From: Deltaproteobacteria bacterium
GTDB taxonomy: Bacteria > Bdellovibrionota_B > Oligoflexia > Oligoflexales > CAIYRB01
DNA: 64,000 nucleotides
Direction of reading: 5' to 3'
Assembly (NCBI GenBank): GCA_016874735.1
Contig: VGTI01000001.1
Location: 212,466 to 276,465 of the forward strand
The translations under genes and the position numbers were made by a program. The notes beneath the pieces are model-generated. The model was given only the letters and a program-made list of their open reading frames with translations. It ran no database searches and had not been told where the DNA came from. Below, in pieces: positions 1-9,091 of this stretch; position 1 is the stretch's first letter, and each line of letters begins with the position of its first letter.

Positions 1-1
1 A

Positions 2-829
2 GCGGAAGGAGACTACAGTCTTGCGGCACGCGCCGCCACGCTCCAGGCTGAACGGTCCACTGTGGAAAAAGTGCGGCGGGCAGACTACGCGCGAGCGGCG
101 GAATATTTAGAGAAAGATGGTGATCCAAACCGCGCCCTATTGATAGCCCGTAAGGGTCAGAGAGCAAGCCGGACCGCAGCAGAGCGATACCGAGCTGAAC
201 TTCAGATCGCGCGTCTTTCATTTAAAACGGGTTCGGAGCAAGAGGCTCTCGATGATTTAGCCATTTTGGCGAAACAGATCGATAAGAGCTCTGGGAAAAT
301 GCCATCCCAAGATTTTGCTGCGATTTCTGGAGAGGTTCACGTGATGTTAGGGGACGAAGCTAAGCGTCAGTTTGATGATTTCAACATGATTGAGCGCGGT
401 GGTGACTTGAATGCTAATGTTGAGAAGAAGACCGAGTACTTTGCGGCTATGACGTCCGAGTACGACCGGGCAGCAAACGCAAGTGATCCCAAATGGAGTA
501 GCGAGGCCAGGTTTCAGATCGGTGCCGCTGCAGAAGCACTCGCCGACGAAATTGCCTCACTACCGGCGCGCAGTGGCGAGGTGGTTACTTTAAAATCGCA
601 AAGTCGCTACAACGCGACCGTCCAAAGACTGAAGTCTATGGCACAGAAATATCATGGAGCTAATGTATTGGCGGCTCGGAAAAATCCTAGTCTTTACAGA
701 GACAACGAATGGGTGAGTAAATCTGCGATGCGTTTGAGTGGCGTCGTCGCATCTGATCAGATGACAAGGCATAAAGAGGCCTTACCGACAGCAGTGCAAA
801 GTAATATTCCGTCAGACTGGAGCCTGTAA
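2..829 (+). CDS. Hypothetical helical (TPR-like) protein; the 5' end probably lies outside the window
   Basis: The frame of ORF 62-829 stays open back to base 2 with no stop. Its stop overlaps the next start (TAATG at 829). No family motif recognised. Confidence 0.5.
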   Translation, partial: AEGDYSLAARAATLQAERSTVEKVRRADYARAAEYLEKDGDPNRALLIARKGQRASRTAAERYRAELQIARLSFKTGSEQEALDDLAILAKQIDKSSGKMPSQDFAAISGEVHVMLGDEAKRQFDDFNMIERGGDLNANVEKKTEYFAAMTSEYDRAANASDPKWSSEARFQIGAAAEALADEIASLPARSGEVVTLKSQSRYNATVQRLKSMAQKYHGANVLAARKNPSLYRDNEWVSKSAMRLSGVVASDQMTRHKEALPTAVQSNIPSDWSL

Positions 830-2028
830 TGGTGAAAAAATTCACAATTGCTTTGGTTTTGGCCGGGCTAAGTCTTCTAGGTTGTGCGGGTTCGAGAGGA
901 CAACATAGTGTCGACAATGATCTTGATCTTGGCTCCAATGCCATCGTGAAGATTAAACAGCGATCGCAATCTCAATCGATGCGTACGGCCGAGGTAAAGG
1001 GCGATGTTAAAGTTCCGCCTAACGCTGTGACTAATTGGCGTAGCTTTTTTAAGGCCCCTCCAACGGTCAAGGAAAGATCCGTTTTAGAGGAGCGTCTGAA
1101 GCATGCCCATGATTCAGGTGATGTCGATAATCTACTCGGCCGCGCTCGTACTGAGTTAGCGCTAGGACAGTTAATTGCTGCCGAGACCACGTTTCGACAA
1201 GTTTTGCGGCATGACGATGAAAATATTGAAGCCCTTATTGAGCTAGCTTCACTTTATCTGCGAATTAAACGGTTGAACGATACTTTTGATCTTCTCAGCC
1301 AGGCAAAAGACGCAATTAACGGCGCTGACGACGTTGGGCAGGGTGTGGCTATGAAATATCGCTACACTCTTGCACTCGCCTATTTGGCGCGCGGTGATCG
1401 TGAAAAGGGGCATAGGATTCTTAGTGACCTCATCGGTGTAGACAAAACGTTTGCACCGGCCTACGCGACTCTCGGACAGTCCTATTTAAACTCTGGTCGC
1501 GATAGTGTTGCTGAGTTCGTCATCCGTCGGGGTTTGGACCGTGTGCACGATAGTGCCAGCCTCCTTAACCTTATGGGTGTCTTGGCTGAGAGGCAGAAGA
1601 GGGTTGATGAGGCAAGAACGTGGTTCGACAAGGCGCTACACGCGACTCCCACTTACGCACCTGCCCTAGTCAATCGAGCGGTATTGAGTACGCAGACCCT
1701 CGAATATGCGGCCGCGGAGCAGGATCTCCTACAAGCGCTGGCACTCGACCCCCTCAACGTCGAGGCATTGGTCGCCCTTGGTGTAGTGCAAAAGCGCCAA
1801 GGTAACATTTCAGGCGCCAAGGCCTCGTTTACAAAGGCCATCGAGGTGGGTCCCGAGGATCCTTACGCGCGATTCAATCTCGCTGTGCTGCAGGCTGACG
1901 AATTACAGCGGCCAACGGAAGCGGCGCGGTTGTTTAGAGAGGTGATTCAAATGAACGGTGCCACGGAGAGTCTCAAGGATTTGGCCCGGGCATATGTCAC
2001 AGATTTGCAACCGCCGGCGGCTCGATAA
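829..2028 (+). CDS. TPR-repeat lipoprotein
   Basis: N-terminal signal with lipobox LSLLGC. Repeated A/L/Y-rich 34-aa-like helices (e.g. ALAYLARGDREKG, LGQSYLNSGR, FDKALHATPTYAPALVNRA). Confidence 0.75.
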   Translation: MVKKFTIALVLAGLSLLGCAGSRGQHSVDNDLDLGSNAIVKIKQRSQSQSMRTAEVKGDVKVPPNAVTNWRSFFKAPPTVKERSVLEERLKHAHDSGDVDNLLGRARTELALGQLIAAETTFRQVLRHDDENIEALIELASLYLRIKRLNDTFDLLSQAKDAINGADDVGQGVAMKYRYTLALAYLARGDREKGHRILSDLIGVDKTFAPAYATLGQSYLNSGRDSVAEFVIRRGLDRVHDSASLLNLMGVLAERQKRVDEARTWFDKALHATPTYAPALVNRAVLSTQTLEYAAAEQDLLQALALDPLNVEALVALGVVQKRQGNISGAKASFTKAIEVGPEDPYARFNLAVLQADELQRPTEAARLFREVIQMNGATESLKDLARAYVTDLQPPAAR

Positions 2029-2129
2029 GTGTTTAGCATCATGATTATTTTTGAAATTCATGGGGCACCCTACTCAAGTTGTGTGGACGAATTACCGAAC
2101 GAACGTATGGGACCTAGTTAGAGGACGCT

Positions 2130-2714
2130 ATGAGCATCGATCACAACAACCCACCCGATGGCAATTTACCGGTAGGTGACCACCCAAGTGGGCAGTACGA
2201 CACGACCAGTTACATTCTAGTGGTCGACGACGACAATACCCTTTTGAAGTTTTTCAAAATTCACCTCAATAAGTTTTTTTCTAAAGTCATCGTAGTTAAA
2301 AATGCTCGCGAAGCTGCTCAAACCTTGTCGGAAAAGCAAGTTGACCTGGTCTTGTGCGACATTAGAATGCCCCGCGTTAACGGCTTTCAAATGATGCGGC
2401 GCATTCGTCGCCACGATCCGAGCATTCCCGTTCTTCTCATTAGTGGCGCACTTCTGACGGAAGAGCAGGAGAGCGAAGCTGCCATGTTGGCGGATGGTTT
2501 TTTGCGCAAACCATTTTCAGTCGATGAGCTTCACGGATTCATCAATCGCGGCATGGAGCTGAGGGCACATTTTGTGCGACTCGTGCAATTAATCGGTGAT
2601 AAGAAGTTCCTTCGTCCAGTACTCTACGGTAAGCGGAAAGTTGAAAGACTGGTGGAGAAAGAGCTGTTCGACGAGGCGAGATCGCTCCTAACTTCCATCA
2701 AAAAAGTAGGGTAG
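2130..2714 (+). CDS. Response regulator with a receiver domain only (CheY-like) and a short C-terminal tail
   Basis: ILVVDDDN, DLVLCDIRMPRVNG, PVLLISG and LRKPF match the receiver acidic pocket, phospho-Asp, T/S and K positions. Confidence 0.8.
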   Translation: MSIDHNNPPDGNLPVGDHPSGQYDTTSYILVVDDDNTLLKFFKIHLNKFFSKVIVVKNAREAAQTLSEKQVDLVLCDIRMPRVNGFQMMRRIRRHDPSIPVLLISGALLTEEQESEAAMLADGFLRKPFSVDELHGFINRGMELRAHFVRLVQLIGDKKFLRPVLYGKRKVERLVEKELFDEARSLLTSIKKVG

Positions 2715-2734
2715 AGACTTTCAGAAAATCTGCG

Positions 2735-3169
2735 TCATTTACGCGCAATACACCTTGATGTGAGAGCGGCAGCATGGCTGAACAGAGTTGCCAGTGCTGC
2801 TGACAATAACAAACCTAGTACAAGGCCGATTGAGTCCGTACCATCAGCAACAGGTGGGTATAAGGATCGGATAAACATGCCGGGACCCATGGCTAGTATA
2901 CCGCAGGATAGTCCGGCACTCTGTAGGACTTGCCAGCGTGGACCCAGTCTTGAGTAGGGCAATGTCAGTCCGAATGCAATGTGAAGTAAACCAAAAAGGT
3001 TAGTGTGGCCGTGAGCACTACTAAGGAGGACAGTATTCCAAGTTGGGTTAATAGCCTGTTCCGCAACATACGATGCGGTTAAGTCTGTGGCGATAAAGGC
3101 TCCGCTGGCAGCTGCGATAAACAGTGTCCAAAAGCCGATGGCAAAATTTACAAGAGAAATGCGGGGCAT
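2735..3169 (-). CDS. Small polytopic membrane protein, unknown function
   Basis: 144 aa with about four hydrophobic helices and a His-rich stretch, SSAHGHTNLFGLLH. Confidence 0.5.
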   Translation of the reverse strand: MPRISLVNFAIGFWTLFIAAASGAFIATDLTASYVAEQAINPTWNTVLLSSAHGHTNLFGLLHIAFGLTLPYSRLGPRWQVLQSAGLSCGILAMGPGMFIRSLYPPVADGTDSIGLVLGLLLSAALATLFSHAAALTSRCIARK

Positions 3170-3182
3170 AAAATTTCGTTCG

Positions 3183-3653
3183 TCAGGTTATTAAAAGGCC
3201 CAAGGCAGAGAGCCCTTGGCGATAAGCTTGCTGTTTAAACGGTACGACACGCCGGAGCGCCTCAGCTACAGTCACCCAAGCTAGGGATCTGAACTCCTTG
3301 TCAGTGGCGCGCTCTAGCGATGGCTCATGCCCAGCTGGTAATCTGACATGGAACCAGATCTGATCCTGACCTTTGAATTTTTTTGTTAAAGGTCCGGCGA
3401 TATCTGGAGGAAAATCATAGCGTATCGGAGCGACACTGCGACCCAAAACGATAAATTCCGCTACTCCGATTTCTTCTTGAACTTCCCGACGCACTGCGGT
3501 CTCTGGCGATTCGCCGGTGTCAATGCCACCCTGTGGGAATTGCCACGAGCCCGGCGGTTCTGCCCTTTCACCGACTAAAACCAAACCGTCTTTATTGGTT
3601 ACAACGGCAAGGACGCACGGTCTGTACTCAGATTCCAAAGGACTACCTCTCAA
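3183..3653 (-). CDS. rppH: NUDIX hydrolase, RppH-like RNA pyrophosphohydrolase
   Basis: YRPCV..., SWQFPQGGIDTGESPETAVRREVQEEIGV (Nudix box), GQDQIWF and a FK..AY tail, laid out as in E. coli RppH. Confidence 0.75.
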   Translation of the reverse strand: MRGSPLESEYRPCVLAVVTNKDGLVLVGERAEPPGSWQFPQGGIDTGESPETAVRREVQEEIGVAEFIVLGRSVAPIRYDFPPDIAGPLTKKFKGQDQIWFHVRLPAGHEPSLERATDKEFRSLAWVTVAEALRRVVPFKQQAYRQGLSALGLLIT

Positions 3654-3747
3654 GGCTGATAATAAGCGTCTCTATCATGGTATAATAAACTAATCGGACC
3701 GTTCGGTCAGCCCCCCAAGCCTGCATCAGTGCCACCTCGCCAGAAGA

Positions 3748-4419
3748 GTGCCAAACATGAAACTAAGTAACCATAGGTATCACTCTCTGATGTCATTGTG
3801 TTTTGCGACACTCGGCATGGTGGGAGTGACAACTTCATCACTAGCTGGGGTTTCTGTCACAGGTTCTGTGTCAACTTCTACTACTAACGTGCCCTTACAG
3901 ATTACAACAATGCAGTACGGCACTGCTGGTGTCGACTTTGACCTAGGACAGTATATTAGGTTCGGTCTAAATTACGGCGTTCAGCTGAGCACGACATCGG
4001 TTTATCAGCCTCCTGCCGGCGGATCCAATGGATCGGCGAACTTGGCAGACCCAACTTGTCCAACGGTGGGTTCCTGTGTATCCGTCGTCAATAAAACGGT
4101 TATTACCGAACGCGGTAGTGGATTCACGCTGATCCTGTGGGCAGGAGAAATCTTCATGCCCTATGTGACAGTGGGTGGTGTAGTTAAAAACTATACATTT
4201 ACTACCCAAGTGAATGACGGCACAGCCGAAGAACGTAAGGGGCAAACTCCCGTGTCGGTCAGTCTGGGTGGCGGTCTAGTTTGTCGTCTCAATCGTGACT
4301 TTAGTTTGAAAATGAATGCTCAGATTTCACCCGGTGTCACTATGAGTCCAGGTGATCCTACCCCACGGATGACATGGGATAAAAAGAATACATTTGGGCT
4401 TACATACCAAATTAGGTGA
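3748..4419 (+). CDS. Secreted protein, possibly an outer-membrane beta-barrel
   Basis: Signal peptide (LCFATLGMVGVTTSSLAG). Alternating beta-strand-like pattern. Ends in an aromatic-rich FGLTYQIR. Confidence 0.5.
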   Translation: MPNMKLSNHRYHSLMSLCFATLGMVGVTTSSLAGVSVTGSVSTSTTNVPLQITTMQYGTAGVDFDLGQYIRFGLNYGVQLSTTSVYQPPAGGSNGSANLADPTCPTVGSCVSVVNKTVITERGSGFTLILWAGEIFMPYVTVGGVVKNYTFTTQVNDGTAEERKGQTPVSVSLGGGLVCRLNRDFSLKMNAQISPGVTMSPGDPTPRMTWDKKNTFGLTYQIR

Positions 4420-4529
4420 GGCCTAACTGCTGCAGTGGCACCGCCACGCGACCCTAATATTACTCGCCTCTCCAACCGATACCTCTCGAGGGACCATTTA
4501 AGGTTTGGGTCTTTAGTCGGGGTCGATCA

Positions 4530-6257
4530 GTGCCTATCGCATTGAAAATTGGGGTAGTTTTAACGCTAGCGATAGGGTGTATTTTCGCTGCGTTGTGGCA
4601 ACTCGCTAACGTGCGCGGACTCAAAGCGCGAGGGCGACGTCGCCGATTGCCGGGATCTAGTGAAACCTCGCAAAGGTCAAGTGATCGCCGCCGCAAGTTT
4701 TCGCGCATGGAACGCAAGTTATTTCAGGAGGCGCAGCACTTCCTTGAGGATGGCAAGGTACAGCCTGCCGCCGCTCTACTTGAACAGCTTTCCATGCAGC
4801 GGGAGGCCATCCAGGTCCTTGAGGATCATGGGTTTATCCACGATGCAGCCAAAATTCTGATGCGGATGCAACGGCATAATCGTGCAGGCGTTGTTTATGC
4901 GCGCCATGCGATGTGGGAGAACGCAGCGCGGTGTTTCAAAATGGCTAACATGCCTGCAGAGGTTGCCAAGTGTGCACGTGAGTTCGGTGATAATACTATG
5001 GCTTGCGAGTATTTCGAGAAAGCAGAAAAATTTGGCCACGCCGCGGAGTGTGCTGAAGAGCTCAGTGATAATCTGCGTGCGGCTCGACTTTATCTCAAAG
5101 ATAATAACCAAGCCAAGGCCATGAGCTGTTACAGTAAAGTTGTGGCTAAGAGTGGTACATCAAAGACGACGGATCTTCGTTCTTCTGAACTGCAATCAAT
5201 CGCGTCCTATGTGGCAGACGGGCATGGTGACGGGAATCTTGCAAAAATCCTACATGCAAATGATAAGTTACTATCTGTAATTCAAAAGCTTCTCGCCGGT
5301 GGGATGGCCAATCAAGTCAAAGACATTCTAACCGCTGTAAAAGTTGATATTGCCCCGCAACTTATGGCCGACATCAACTATTCCGATCAGAGTGCACCTA
5401 TACTTGCGGATGTTTTGTCCAAAATGGAACGGCATCAGTATGCCGGGATGATATATGAGCAGTTGCAGATGTTTGATCGAGCCGCAGTTGCGTTTGAAAA
5501 GGCTGGCGATCCCTCGCGTGCCAGTTACTGCCGCGAGCGTGCAGGACTTTCGTCCAAATCCAAGCGATTACCGGAAGACCCAGATGCAACCAGCGTGATC
5601 CAGCCGCCGCCACCGCGCGCTGATTTGAAACCGGTACAATCTGTGCCGAGTGCAGCGGGGCCTAGTTCACTGCGCGTGGAATTCGCCTTAGCAGCTGTCA
5701 CAGAAGTTGCTAGACCAAAATCAACATTAAATACACAGGCCGCGGCAATGGCTGATGTCGTGCCACCACCGTTACCGATTCCCCCAGCTATGGCACCAGT
5801 GGCAGACGATCTTGGCCGCTCTGCTTTTGTAAAATCGTCGTTGTGTACCGATTTGAGTTTTGAGCAGTCGCAGGCCCTTTGGGATATTGGCGTGACCACT
5901 CAGTACGCGGCTGGAGAGACAATATTAGGTTACAGCGGTGATCCACGCGGTATATATGTCGTGCTGCGGGGACAAGTGAGTTGTTTCCGTCGCTACGGTG
6001 ATAAGGATGCCTTCATCGATCAACTGGGCGCGGCTGATTCTTTTGGCGAACTTTGGCTACTAGCCGATAATCCGAGTGCAGTCCAATTCGTAGCTTTGCG
6101 CGATGTTGATATCAGGATCATCGATAGGGTAGCCTTCCTCCAGCTCCTGGAAAGAGATTCGACAATCGCTTGTAAGCTCTACAAAAGATTCGCCATGCGC
6201 CTTCTGGATAAGCTGCTAAATCAGCGATCTGACAGAAAAAATCCGCTCGCATCCTGA
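4530..6257 (+). CDS. Membrane-anchored protein with helical repeats and a C-terminal cyclic-nucleotide-binding domain
   Basis: N-terminal TM helix, Arg-rich tract and Pro-rich linker. C-terminus has GDPRGIYVVLRGQV...FGELWLL...RIIDRVAFLQLL, typical of cNMP-binding folds. Confidence 0.7.
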   Translation: MPIALKIGVVLTLAIGCIFAALWQLANVRGLKARGRRRRLPGSSETSQRSSDRRRKFSRMERKLFQEAQHFLEDGKVQPAAALLEQLSMQREAIQVLEDHGFIHDAAKILMRMQRHNRAGVVYARHAMWENAARCFKMANMPAEVAKCAREFGDNTMACEYFEKAEKFGHAAECAEELSDNLRAARLYLKDNNQAKAMSCYSKVVAKSGTSKTTDLRSSELQSIASYVADGHGDGNLAKILHANDKLLSVIQKLLAGGMANQVKDILTAVKVDIAPQLMADINYSDQSAPILADVLSKMERHQYAGMIYEQLQMFDRAAVAFEKAGDPSRASYCRERAGLSSKSKRLPEDPDATSVIQPPPPRADLKPVQSVPSAAGPSSLRVEFALAAVTEVARPKSTLNTQAAAMADVVPPPLPIPPAMAPVADDLGRSAFVKSSLCTDLSFEQSQALWDIGVTTQYAAGETILGYSGDPRGIYVVLRGQVSCFRRYGDKDAFIDQLGAADSFGELWLLADNPSAVQFVALRDVDIRIIDRVAFLQLLERDSTIACKLYKRFAMRLLDKLLNQRSDRKNPLAS

Positions 6258-6338
6258 TTGCGTGGGTTGGCACGGCGTGTGCACTCCTCGGTTAGTTGAC
6301 CGAGTGGTAAGCTGATTTTCTACCTGCGGAGACTGCCA

Positions 6339-6548
6339 ATGAACATGAGATGTATCAAGCACCCAGAGTATCGCGGAAAAACATCGCCAGTATTAGCGTG
6401 CCGCGCCTGTTGTTCCATGTTTCTTGCTGAGAATAGGTCGCACAGGACGAGCTCGGGAGGTGGCAGCATCGTACCACCACCTCCAACAGCTACTTCAAAC
6501 CTGGATACGCGGCAGACCATTATTCAGACGGTTCTGCAAAGCCTGTGA
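6339..6548 (+). CDS. Small hypothetical protein with a Cys motif (C-X15-C-X2-CC)
   Basis: GGAGA lies 6 nt upstream of the ATG. N-terminal CIKHPEYRGKTSPVLACRACC, then a Gly/Pro-rich tail. No known family. Confidence 0.35.
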   Translation: MNMRCIKHPEYRGKTSPVLACRACCSMFLAENRSHRTSSGGGSIVPPPPTATSNLDTRQTIIQTVLQSL

Positions 6549-6554
6549 CGGCTG

Positions 6555-7733
6555 CTAGATGCATTCGATGACGACCGCGCTGGCTTCGCCGCCGCCGATG
6601 CACAGTGTCGCTAGCCCGCGTTTCTTGCCTGCTGCTCTGAGTCCATTGACAAGCGTTGCTAGAACACGTGCTCCACTTGCCCCGATCGGATGACCGAGGG
6701 CAACGGCGCCGCCGTGAGCATTGACCTTGGAAGCATCCAATTTGAGTTCTTTAATAGCTGCCATAGTAACGACCGCAAAGGCTTCATTAATCTCGAAGAG
6801 ATCGATGTCATTAATCTGTAGTTTTGCCTTGGCGAGCACCTTGCGGATGCATGCAATGGGTGCCGTTGTGAACCAGCTTGGCTCCTGAGCATGAGATGCC
6901 TGGGCCACGATCCGAGCTATCGGCTGGAGGTTGAAATCTTTCACAGCTCTCGAACTTGCGAGTACACTGAGAGCGGCCCCATCATTGATCGAGGATGCAT
7001 TCCCTGCCGTCACGGTGCCATCCTTCTCGAAGGCTGGGCGCAGGGTGGGCAATTTGGCTAGATCGACTGAAAACGGTTGCTCATCCTTGTCGACAATCAC
7101 GTTGCCTTTTTTGCCTGCGATTTCGATAGGCACGATCTCCTTGGTAAAATGACCGCTCTCGGCGGCTCGCCGCGCCCTTTCGTAACTTTGAATGGCGAAC
7201 TTATCTTGGTCCTCGCGCGAAAAGCTGAAATCCTTGGCGCACAAGTCGCCAAAGTTACCCATGGCTTTGTTGCCATAGGGGTCCCACAGTCCGTCAAACT
7301 GCATGTGGTCTTGTAATTCCACAGCACCAAATTTGTAGCCCTGGCGACTACCAGGCAGCATATGAGGTGCGAGCGACATACTTTCCATGCCACCAGCGAA
7401 GATGACGCTTGCGTCACCCGATTTAATCGCTTGATCAGCGAGCATCACGGCCTTCAAACCGGAGCCACAAACACGATTTATCGTTGTGGCGCACACTGAC
7501 TTGGGTAAACCACCGTACAAGGCCGCTTGTCGCGCCGGTGCCTGGCCAATGCCAGCAGGCAGGACGCACCCCATGATGATCTCATCAACGGACTCTGGCT
7601 TGATGCCGGTGGTGTCGAGAGCATGCTTCACTAACGGTGCAGCGAGTTTCGGAGCGGGCACGGAGGACAAGGAACCACTGAGTTTTCCGATAGGAGTGCG
7701 TTTAGCGTACACAAGCAGAGTATCTTCTGACAT
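6555..7733 (-). CDS. Acetyl-CoA C-acetyltransferase (thiolase II)
   Basis: 392 aa with NRVCGSGLKA (active Cys), NEAFA, GGAVALGHPIGASG and the CIGGGEA signature. Confidence 0.95.
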   Translation of the reverse strand: MSEDTLLVYAKRTPIGKLSGSLSSVPAPKLAAPLVKHALDTTGIKPESVDEIIMGCVLPAGIGQAPARQAALYGGLPKSVCATTINRVCGSGLKAVMLADQAIKSGDASVIFAGGMESMSLAPHMLPGSRQGYKFGAVELQDHMQFDGLWDPYGNKAMGNFGDLCAKDFSFSREDQDKFAIQSYERARRAAESGHFTKEIVPIEIAGKKGNVIVDKDEQPFSVDLAKLPTLRPAFEKDGTVTAGNASSINDGAALSVLASSRAVKDFNLQPIARIVAQASHAQEPSWFTTAPIACIRKVLAKAKLQINDIDLFEINEAFAVVTMAAIKELKLDASKVNAHGGAVALGHPIGASGARVLATLVNGLRAAGKKRGLATLCIGGGEASAVVIECI

Positions 7734-7951
7734 CTCGTCCTCATGATGTAGGGCCGACCGTGGTCAACCTGGTTTGGCGCTGTTCTTGGTTCTTTCTTAA
7801 TGGAAACATTTCGCCCTTAGCCACCAAATTATTCTTCATCTGATTAAGACGTAATTTTTTGTGGCGCAATCGGGTCCTAGCCGTTATAAGTTGCATCCAA
7901 CCCAGATCGGACCGGGCCACTTCAGGCCGCTTGCTATGAGGACATCCCGCT

Positions 7952-9091
7952 ATGTCTTTTCGAGGTCCCAGAGATGACCGCGCACCGTGCTCCCTTCAGC
8001 TCTCCGATGGTAACCGTTTTAATGGTCAATTGATCGGAGCTCCAGTCAAAGCCAGCGGCCAGATGGTATTTACGACCGGCATGGTTGGATATAGCGAGGC
8101 GCTGACAGACCCCTCTTACTTCGGGCAAATACTCGTATTCACTTACCCCTTGATCGGAAATTATGGCATTCCATCGTTGCCGCGAGCGCTAGAGTTACCG
8201 ATTCCGCATGGATTCGAAAGTGACCGGGTTAATGCTGCTGCGGTGATCTTAGCCATTGATAGTCCTGAGGCGTTTCACTGGAACAGTTTCCAGTCACTCG
8301 ATGCATGGCTCAAGCATCAGGGTGTACCAGGTATCATCGGACTCGATACGCGCCACATTGTCCACCTGATTCGCCAGTCAGCTAATTTGTTAGGACAGGT
8401 ACTGCCGGAACATTCCATCGGATTGAGAGATTTAGGGCCGACGCTGACCAAGGTCAGCGGTGAGGGATTCTTTGATCCTGGGCAGCATGAAATTTTAGCT
8501 GCGGTGTCCAGTAAGGAGCGTCGCATTCTTGGGCGCGGCAAGACTAGGATCGGTCTGGTCGACTGTGGCGTAAAGTGGAATATCTTGCGCCAGTTGATCG
8601 AGCGTGGATGCGAGGTAGAGTTATTGCCGTGGGACACTGATTTATCCACCGTTGATTGTACAGCCTGGCTACTAAGCAACGGACCGGGTGATCCGGTGCG
8701 TACTGGCGACCTGTGTGGGCAAGTATCGCGAATACTCACAGGCGATCGCCCCTTACTTGGCATTTGCCTTGGCCACCAGGTGCTCGCGATTGCCGCTGGC
8801 GCCACCACTAAAAGGATGCAGTACGGGCATCGGAGCCACAATCAGCCCGTCTACCAGGTAGGCACCCGGCGCGGGTTCATGACCAGTCAAAATCACGGTT
8901 ATGTTGTAGACGAGGCTTCGATTCCTGACGACTGGGAGCCCTGGTTCCTCAATGCCAATGATCAGACGATTGAGGGGATCAAACATAAGACAAAGCCTTT
9001 CCGTAGTGTGCAGTTTCACCCCGAGGCTGCGGGTGGTCCGCGCGATACTGGCTGGATTCTTGATCAATTTGTCCAAGAGGTGACGACCTAA
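7952..9091 (+). CDS. carA: Carbamoyl-phosphate synthase small (glutaminase) subunit
   Basis: GYSEALTDPSYFGQILVFTYPLIGNYG, GICLGHQ (catalytic Cys) and QFHPEA. TAATG overlap with carB. Confidence 0.95.
   Translation: MSFRGPRDDRAPCSLQLSDGNRFNGQLIGAPVKASGQMVFTTGMVGYSEALTDPSYFGQILVFTYPLIGNYGIPSLPRALELPIPHGFESDRVNAAAVILAIDSPEAFHWNSFQSLDAWLKHQGVPGIIGLDTRHIVHLIRQSANLLGQVLPEHSIGLRDLGPTLTKVSGEGFFDPGQHEILAAVSSKERRILGRGKTRIGLVDCGVKWNILRQLIERGCEVELLPWDTDLSTVDCTAWLLSNGPGDPVRTGDLCGQVSRILTGDRPLLGICLGHQVLAIAAGATTKRMQYGHRSHNQPVYQVGTRRGFMTSQNHGYVVDEASIPDDWEPWFLNANDQTIEGIKHKTKPFRSVQFHPEAAGGPRDTGWILDQFVQEVTT

Noticed and set aside
8317-9076. Antisense ORFs of 174 and 107 aa inside carA.
   Set aside because: They lie fully within a strongly supported conserved gene. 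The translations are low-complexity (Pro/Ser/Arg-rich) with no start-site signals.
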